In this document: positions 58,501 to 64,000 of the stretch, one piece after another
Layout of the letters: every line of letters starts with the position of its first letter
Position numbering within the stretch: the stretch's first letter is position 1
Source: Candidatus Bathyarchaeia archaeon
GTDB taxonomy: Archaea; Thermoproteota; Bathyarchaeia; Bathyarchaeales; Bathycorpusculaceae
Assembly: GCA_038883655.1 (NCBI GenBank)
Contig: JAVZLQ010000004.1
Coordinates: 96,001-160,000 of the forward strand
Direction: 5' to 3'
DNA length: 64,000 nucleotides
Made by a program: the position numbers and the translations under genes
Notes under the pieces: model-generated
What the model saw: the letters and a program-made list of their open reading frames with translations, nothing else
Databases searched by the model: none
What the model was told of the DNA's origin: nothing

Positions 58501-58635
58501 CTAGAATGGTCTAAAAATGCTTTTTAAAAGTTCGATTAACTTATTCAGTTGTCCTGTATAAATGCCTATTGCAAAAAATGAGAAACCGAGCAGCAAAAGC
58601 AGTGCGCCCATTATTCGTTTTTCCTCGATGTCCAT
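58501..58635 (-). CDS. 44-aa single-TM protein (not in ORF track)
   Basis: MDIEEKRIMGALLLLLGFSFFAIGIYTGQLNKLIELLKSIFRPF; ATG 5 nt after the trx stop codon. Confidence 0.55.
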   Translation of the reverse strand: MDIEEKRIMGALLLLLGFSFFAIGIYTGQLNKLIELLKSIFRPF

Positions 58636-58640
58636 AGCCT

Positions 58641-58967
58641 TTACCTCAAGTGCTTGTTTATGACTGCTTCGATGTGGTTTTTTGGGACGAGTCCAACGAT
58701 TCTGTCAACTTCTTTCCCATTCTTTATAAGTACCAAAGTTGGTATGCTAAAAACTTGGAAGCGCTCTGCCGTCTGTGGGTTCTCATCAACGTTTAACTTT
58801 CCAACAAAAATTTTGCCAGAGTATTCTCTACATAATTCATCAATTGTTGGAGCAAGGGCTCGGCATGGACCACACCATGGAGCCCAAAAGTCTATTAGGG
58901 CTAAAGTGTTTTTGTTGATTACACTATCAAAGTTTGAATCTGTTAGGTGTACTGGTTCTGCTGGCAT
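58641..58967 (-). CDS. trxA: thioredoxin
   Basis: DFWAPWCGPC active site and SIPT cis-Pro loop. Confidence 0.96.
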   Translation of the reverse strand: MPAEPVHLTDSNFDSVINKNTLALIDFWAPWCGPCRALAPTIDELCREYSGKIFVGKLNVDENPQTAERFQVFSIPTLVLIKNGKEVDRIVGLVPKNHIEAVINKHLR

Positions 58968-59080
58968 TTTTCTTTCTCCTTTTGGACTTTCATTAACTCT
59001 TGAAGTTTCTTTACGCGTATGTGTTCAAGTTCTTTATCTTCGTCTGATATAAATTGTTCGCGCTTTCTGCTCATGTCCTT

Positions 59081-59518
59081 TCATCTGCTGCCTTTTAACT
59101 TATTCTGAAGAGCCTTAAACTTTGCGTAGGTTCCTTTTGGACTTTTCAGTTTATCTGCAAGTTTTTCGAATGGACAAATCTCGGTCTTGTTTGGAGCCAA
59201 AATTTTTTCAACAAGCCTTTCCCATTCATGCTGAATCGAGTATTTTTGCAGAATCTTCACGGCTTTTTCGCTTAATATGGTTGCGTAAACGGCTTTAACA
59301 TTTGCATCAACGCATAATAGGGCTATTGCCTTTCCAACAACCTTATCTGCAACAGAGCCCCCATTAAGTTTTTCTCCAAACTTTTCCATGGCTTCTAGGA
59401 AACCAGAAATCCCGTGAGATGTAGTTTCAAAAATTACTTTACCACTTTTTACTATTGAAAGCGTCAAACCCCTCCGCTTTAGCCTTCTTTTGGCTATTTC
59501 TAAATCACTGTTTTCCAT
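59081..59518 (-). CDS. DUF1893 (TM1506-like) protein
   Basis: VADKVVGKA and ICPFE motifs. Confidence 0.85.
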   Translation of the reverse strand: MENSDLEIAKRRLKRRGLTLSIVKSGKVIFETTSHGISGFLEAMEKFGEKLNGGSVADKVVGKAIALLCVDANVKAVYATILSEKAVKILQKYSIQHEWERLVEKILAPNKTEICPFEKLADKLKSPKGTYAKFKALQNKLKGSR

Positions 59519-59531
59519 TTTAGGTTTAAAA

Positions 59532-59972
59532 TTATTCTAAACTATTTATTGCTTTTTTTACATTGAATATTTCGTCTTCAAGGGCGTATGCCACTTTCTG
59601 CGCCAAATCTTCGTTCGCTATTCCCTGCGAGAGCTTTTGTTTCAGCTCTTCTACCAGTTTGGGCTTCACATGAATTTTTATGGATTTTCGGAATTTCTGC
59701 GATTTAAAATGGGCCACAATTTCCTTTTCAGATCCCTCTATTGATAGCTTTCCGTTTCCAACAGTACATTGGGTTGACGCTTGAATTCCATCGATGATGC
59801 ATGAGAGAGGCGTAACCATAGGAACTTTAATAAGCACTTTCATCTCGCCTTTCAACATTTTCTTCGCATATTCGCCCATCCTAACTCCAATAACCAAGAA
59901 TGGACCTAAATGTCCATGAAGTTCCCGTGCCTTTTCTATAACGGAATCGGGTTTATCGCTTGTTTTAGGCAT
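59532..59972 (-). CDS. FmdE family metal-binding protein
   Basis: LHGHLGPFLVIG and SCIIDGIQ...CTVGNGKL motifs. Confidence 0.9.
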   Translation of the reverse strand: MPKTSDKPDSVIEKARELHGHLGPFLVIGVRMGEYAKKMLKGEMKVLIKVPMVTPLSCIIDGIQASTQCTVGNGKLSIEGSEKEIVAHFKSQKFRKSIKIHVKPKLVEELKQKLSQGIANEDLAQKVAYALEDEIFNVKKAINSLE

Positions 59973-60528
59973 TTATGATTCTCCTTATGTTTGCCTTTTC
60001 TAAGGCGCCTATAACCGGCAATGTTATAGCTAAGCTTAGTATTCCTCCTAGCAGGTGGAGTGCTCCCCAGAATGTAAGCGCCCACTCTATTGTTGCCCAC
60101 TCCAAAGTTTTGTTGCTGAAGAAGATGCCAATTATTGCTCCAGCGAAGTAGGCGGATATTATTGTCGCAAAAATTGTTGTGACTATGTGTCTTGGTTTTA
60201 AACAAATTTTATGTTTGCTAGCAAACATTAGCATGTCGAACAGTATTGCTGATAATGCAAAGCCTATCATGTGTGGCGAAGGTCTCAGCATCAGCACTAT
60301 TATTGCGCCTATTACGCCAACCATGGATGCTGTTCCAAATTTGCCAGTAGCCCAAGTCGTTAATAAAAGCGTGAAGAAAACCGAAAAATCGCATAGTATT
60401 GGGAGCCTCCACAACTGGAAGCCCATTGGACCAACATTTAAGTTGAGAACCGTCCATAACGCACAGAAAAAGCCCACCAACGCTATGTCTTGCGCTGTGA
60501 GGCGCCTTTTATCATGCACTTTTTTCAC
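59965..60528 (-). CDS. ECF-type substrate-specific (S) component-like membrane protein
   Basis: About 6 TM, QDIALVGFFCAL N-terminus, KFG motif. Confidence 0.65.
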   Translation of the reverse strand: MKKVHDKRRLTAQDIALVGFFCALWTVLNLNVGPMGFQLWRLPILCDFSVFFTLLLTTWATGKFGTASMVGVIGAIIVLMLRPSPHMIGFALSAILFDMLMFASKHKICLKPRHIVTTIFATIISAYFAGAIIGIFFSNKTLEWATIEWALTFWGALHLLGGILSLAITLPVIGALEKANIRRIINA

Positions 60529-60799
60529 CGTTGGGCTTCGTTACCGCCAACCCTATAGTGTAGGCTGTCATCAGCACAAGGAAGAAGCCGCAGATTCCAG
60601 CCAACAATGTTGAGGCATACTGGTTTTCTATCGTTGGCAGCGTGTAGTCTGGCATTAAACCGTTCCAGTATGGCTCACCTTCTTCTATTTGGAAGGTTTT
60701 AACAACAGTTTCTAAGCCGTCTGGGAATTCTGAGGCGAATGGTATAAGCACCACCAAACAAACCAATATTATGATTAGGGCTTTAAGGCAGCCTCGCAT
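60512..60799 (-). CDS. nikN: PDGLE-domain protein (NikN-like)
   Basis: ASEFPDGLE...MPDY + TM. Confidence 0.85.
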   Translation of the reverse strand: MRGCLKALIIILVCLVVLIPFASEFPDGLETVVKTFQIEEGEPYWNGLMPDYTLPTIENQYASTLLAGICGFFLVLMTAYTIGLAVTKPNGEKSA

Positions 60800-61451
60800 G
60801 TTTTCCTCTCCTTAAAATGTTTAGTCCGCTTAGTGCTGTTGGCTGTAGCCTCCAAAGTTGTGCAGTTAATGTTGTTGTAATTGCTGCTTCGCCTAAGCCT
60901 ATCAGGACATGCCAAAAGAGCATGGCTGGAACCGTGGCTACTATGCCCCCAACATTTAAGAACACTGGAAAAATTTCCAATGCGCATGCCAAAGCGCCCA
61001 AAACCACTGAAAGCCAAGAGGCGACAAAAACGCTTACAAAGAACAAGCCTTTCTTACTGGTATTTTTTGCAAGGTATTTTATTATAAAGAAGCTTAGTGC
61101 GCCAATCACTGCCATGTTGAAGATGTTTGCTCCAAGTGCCATTATGCCACCGTCCGCAAAGAATAGCGCTTGCATGAGCAGCACAACGGTCATGCCTAAA
61201 GCTGCAGCATACGGTCCGAGAAGCACAGCGAGGAATGTTCCGCCTACTAGGTGCCCACTTGTCCCGTATGCTATTGGGAAGTTTATCATTTGCGCTACAA
61301 ATATGAATGCGCTTGAAACTGCTAAAAGTGGAGCGAGAGACCTTTCGTATGTGGCTTTTGCTTTTCTCCAAGACCATGCGAGAAAGGCAATTGATATTGC
61401 GTACATTAACGCGGCGATTTCTGGCGTTATTAGGCCGTCTGGTATGTGCAA
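60783..61451 (-). CDS. nikM: Ni/Co ECF S component CbiM/NikM
   Basis: MHIPDG metal-binding N-terminus (TTG start), TSGHL, QALFFADGG..ALGAN. Confidence 0.93.
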   Translation of the reverse strand: MHIPDGLITPEIAALMYAISIAFLAWSWRKAKATYERSLAPLLAVSSAFIFVAQMINFPIAYGTSGHLVGGTFLAVLLGPYAAALGMTVVLLMQALFFADGGIMALGANIFNMAVIGALSFFIIKYLAKNTSKKGLFFVSVFVASWLSVVLGALACALEIFPVFLNVGGIVATVPAMLFWHVLIGLGEAAITTTLTAQLWRLQPTALSGLNILRRGKHARLP

Positions 61452-61462
61452 GCTTAAACCTC

Positions 61463-61492
61463 GGTAATACTTTTATGAATTTTAGTATTACC
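61463..61492. promoter_or_regulatory. NikR operator
   Basis: GGTAATAC-N14-GTATTACC perfect inverted repeat (GTAATA-N16-TATTAC), 11 bp upstream of nikM, divergent from nikR. Confidence 0.85.
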
Positions 61493-61644
61493 ATTCTACA
61501 TAAAAACTTTGCTGTAAAAATTAACCGCTTTCTAACATTTTTGGAGTTGAAAAGTCGGTAAGTGACCGCTCTCCCCCTCTAGATTTTGGTAAGTCTAGCA
61601 AAAGTTTTATTGTGAGCCCTTTTTAGGTAGTATGTGGGAAATTT

Positions 61645-62052
61645 ATGTCGAAGATTGTTCGTGTAGGTGTAACTTTTCCGCCAGATTTGCTTAAAGATTT
61701 TGACGAGGTTACGCGTAAGATGGGTTATGAGAACCGCTCAAAGGCTGTTCAAGACGCCGTTAGGCTGTTTGTTTCAGAGAAGAAGTGGCTTCAAGAAGAA
61801 CGCGGCGAACAAGCTGGCGTTTTGACGGTACTTTATGATCATGAAGTTAGGGGATTAGAAAGCACACTAACGGATATTCAGCATCACTATTCGCATATAA
61901 TCTGTTCGACAATGCACATTCACCTTAGCGAACGTGATTGTCTAGAGGCTATTGCAGTTAAGGGAAAAGCCGAAGAAATAAGAAAGTTAAGCGGCGAATT
62001 AGCCTCAAAAAGAGGTGTTAAAATACTTAAAATAACTATTGTTCACGTTTAG
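61645..62052 (+). CDS. nikR: nickel-responsive regulator NikR
   Basis: RHH N-terminus, YDH, QH, and HIHL...CLE Ni ligands. Confidence 0.96.
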   Translation: MSKIVRVGVTFPPDLLKDFDEVTRKMGYENRSKAVQDAVRLFVSEKKWLQEERGEQAGVLTVLYDHEVRGLESTLTDIQHHYSHIICSTMHIHLSERDCLEAIAVKGKAEEIRKLSGELASKRGVKILKITIVHV

Positions 62053-62969
62053 CCTTTCTTGTTTGTTATTTCAAACATTCGTTCTAAGGCTTTTCTGGCG
62101 CGCTTTGCTATCGGCTCTGGAACATTAACAACGTACTTTTCCTCTTTTAAGGCGACGTAAAGCCTCTCAAGAGTGTTCAACTTCATGTTTGGGCATATGG
62201 CCTCCTCGTAGGCTAGAATAAATTTTTTTTGCGGGTTATCCTTCCTTAGCCGATGCAAAAGCCCCTCTTCAGTGGCAACAATAAACGTTTTTGCGCTGCT
62301 TTCCTTTGCATAACGGCACATCTGCGAGGTACTCCCAACGAAATCAGCTGTTCTACGCATTTCCTGCGTGCATTCCGGATGAACCATGACCACGGCATCT
62401 GGATACTGCGCCTTAAGAACTTGCACTTCCTCTGGCTGAAAAAGCAGATGCGTGGGACAAAAGCCCCATTCTGGGATTGGGATAATTGTTTTTCCAGTTT
62501 TTTCTTGGACGTGTTCAGCCAAGTTTCTGTCTGGTCCGAAGAGGATTGTTTCCGCATTTATTGATTCTATTACTTCAACAGCGTTAGCTGATGTGCAGCA
62601 GATATCGCAGTAAGCTTTTGCCGATGCCAAAGTATTAACGTACAGGACTACTGGAACGAGTGGATAGAGAACTTTCCACCTTTTAATTTCGTCAACCGTT
62701 AGCATCTGCGCCATTGGACAGCGCGCGCCAAGGGTTGGCAGCAAAACCTTCTTTTCTGGGTTAAGTATCGCCGCGGATTCAGCCATAAAATCCACTGCTG
62801 AGAAAAGTATGATTTCAGCTTCTTTTTCCTCCATGGCTTTTCTGCTCAACTCTATGCTATCGCCAACGTAGTCCGCTATATCTTGGATTTCTGGTCTTTG
62901 ATAGTTGTGGGCCAAGATTACGGCTTTCTTCTCTTTCTTCAACTTGAGTATTTTGTCAGCTAATGCCAC
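62049..62969 (-). CDS. nadA: quinolinate synthase A
   Basis: LAHNYQ, GDS, CPMA, YVNT, CPTH, HPEC and CPNMK motifs. Confidence 0.97.
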   Translation of the reverse strand: MALADKILKLKKEKKAVILAHNYQRPEIQDIADYVGDSIELSRKAMEEKEAEIILFSAVDFMAESAAILNPEKKVLLPTLGARCPMAQMLTVDEIKRWKVLYPLVPVVLYVNTLASAKAYCDICCTSANAVEVIESINAETILFGPDRNLAEHVQEKTGKTIIPIPEWGFCPTHLLFQPEEVQVLKAQYPDAVVMVHPECTQEMRRTADFVGSTSQMCRYAKESSAKTFIVATEEGLLHRLRKDNPQKKFILAYEEAICPNMKLNTLERLYVALKEEKYVVNVPEPIAKRARKALERMFEITNKKG

Positions 62970-62994
62970 ACTTTTCGCCTTTTAAACCTGTTGT

Positions 62995-63094
62995 TTGTAA
63001 GGATTTTCTAACAGCATTGATGGATATATCCTTTACTTGCAATTTCTTTTGCGGATGCCTCAACATACTTGTAAGGATTTTCTAACAGCATTGA
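62995..63094. repeat. 26-bp exact direct repeat x2, 48 bp apart
   Basis: TTGTAAGGATTTTCTAACAGCATTGA at 62995-63020 and 63069-63094. Confidence 0.9.
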
Positions 63095-63251
63095 AAAAGA
63101 AACAGAAACTTAATGCCACGTTTCAGCGCTAACTTGCGGGAATTTCGCCTATATGGCAGAAGGGACAACCCTTGCTTTTCTTTGTCCATAAGGCAGCCGT
63201 TTATTTCCAAGCTCCACAGTTCACTTTGCCGCTTTTTAGACTACACGTTGC

Positions 63252-63425
63252 TTATTGCTTTCTTTTTTCTATGATTAATCTTTTTCCGTCAATTTTTACG
63301 GTTACGTCTTCGCCTACCTTGAACGGAAAACTTGTATCTGTAGAAACCTCCTTGGGTATGTAAATGAAAATTTTGCTGTATTTCTTCCCTCTATCTACGA
63401 CTTTTCCTTTTCCTTCACCCGTCAT
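63252..63425 (-). CDS. AbrB/MazE/SpoVT-like small DNA-binding protein
   Basis: IYIPKEV..D..FPFKVGEDVTVKIDGKRLII; ATG at 63425. Confidence 0.75.
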   Translation of the reverse strand: MTGEGKGKVVDRGKKYSKIFIYIPKEVSTDTSFPFKVGEDVTVKIDGKRLIIEKRKQ

Positions 63426-63494
63426 AGGCGCACTTGCGCCCCAACAATACAAATTAAATTAATTTTGATTACGTAATGATATAAAAATTTTTAG

Positions 63495-63998
63495 CTAGGA
63501 TCTTACTGTGAATTCGCAGTAGGCATCTCCTTTTGCCACGCATTTAGTTTCATTAACTTTTACCTCTTTTCCAAAAAAGCGGGTGAACATGCCAGCAATA
63601 GCGCCTCTATAAAATTGGCTGTATGGTTCTTTGCTTCCTTTGCCTAATTCGCATTCAAAACTTTCGTATATGCGTAATTGAGCTGTTCCCTTTTCAATGT
63701 CTACTTTTACATTGTCAATTATTCCCCAACCTAACGTCATATTAGTCGCTTTAGCCACCTCGATCAAATCTTCCAGATTTTCTGAACCAGCAGTATTGAC
63801 GTATTCGTCATACGCATTAAATCCAATAGTAAAACCTTGGTAATATAGCATGACGTCTCCCGCGGAACCGAATTTTTTCCTAATTCCAGTAAATAAAGCT
63901 CCATAAATCGACTTCCTGAATATTACAACTCTCTGGTTTTCGGCAATCACCAACGGGAAAAAGTAGTTATCATAAAAAATGCCATTCCTGTCGGGTTT
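63495..63998 (-). CDS. V4R domain protein (5' end outside window)
   Basis: LGWG, SFEC, FYRG..AG, ETKC.AKGD.YCEF; the frame is open to the window edge. Confidence 0.88.
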   Translation of the reverse strand, partial: KPDRNGIFYDNYFFPLVIAENQRVVIFRKSIYGALFTGIRKKFGSAGDVMLYYQGFTIGFNAYDEYVNTAGSENLEDLIEVAKATNMTLGWGIIDNVKVDIEKGTAQLRIYESFECELGKGSKEPYSQFYRGAIAGMFTRFFGKEVKVNETKCVAKGDAYCEFTVRS

Positions 63999-64000
63999 TA

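Noticed and set aside
1652-62564. Numerous antisense or alternate-frame ORFs in the track (e.g. 14491-15078, 51239-51970, 60817-61467)
   Set aside because: They are shadows of well-supported genes and show no recognisable motifs.
63130-63249. Minus-strand Cys-rich frame (NCGAWK*...GCPFCH), possible Zn-ribbon remnant
   Set aside because: Internal stop, no clear start, and too short to support.
1-64000. tRNA, rRNA, transposase, integrase, cas genes
   Set aside because: None recognised. The rRNA-like words at 16138-16187 are the guides of the C/D RNA, not an rRNA fragment.

Overview
Archaeal genomic window, most likely Bathyarchaeia/TACK. This is inferred from the archaeal ATP-dependent ligase, Rad50, an eL22-like protein, a C/D box RNA, TATA/BRE promoters and the protein style. 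Left part: Rad50 3' end, an EamA transporter, an Fe3+/thiamine-type ABC-DUF47-eL22 operon, a 9-kb catabolic cluster (TPP enzyme, hydantoinase/oxoprolinase, permease, cyclase, MMSDH-like ALDH), an unannotated C/D box guide RNA aimed at 16S C1402, and nitroreductase-creatininase-DNA ligase. Centre (about 19.5-55 kb) is the highlight: a cellulosome-like cohesin-dockerin cell-surface system that looks oriented to protein/peptide scavenging. Six proteins share one C-terminal DMADIS-type dockerin, including an Opp/Dpp peptide-binding protein and a putative Cys protease. Five proteins carry cohesins: a TM-anchored one, a PEF-CTERM-anchored one, a three-cohesin scaffold, and two cohesin-dockerin adaptors. 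The region also holds a large S8 protease, a signal peptidase and OppBCDF. Five promoters share a TRGAA-N5-(T/C)TCCA box exactly 5 bp upstream of the TATA box, and a nearby Lrp is the candidate regulator. Right part: Lrp, thioredoxin (apparently split by a frameshift), a NikR-controlled Ni/Co ECF cluster with a clear operator, nadA, a 26-bp direct repeat, and AbrB-like and V4R genes. No tRNA, rRNA, transposase, integrase or cas genes were seen. All domain calls are by eye, not from HMM searches.
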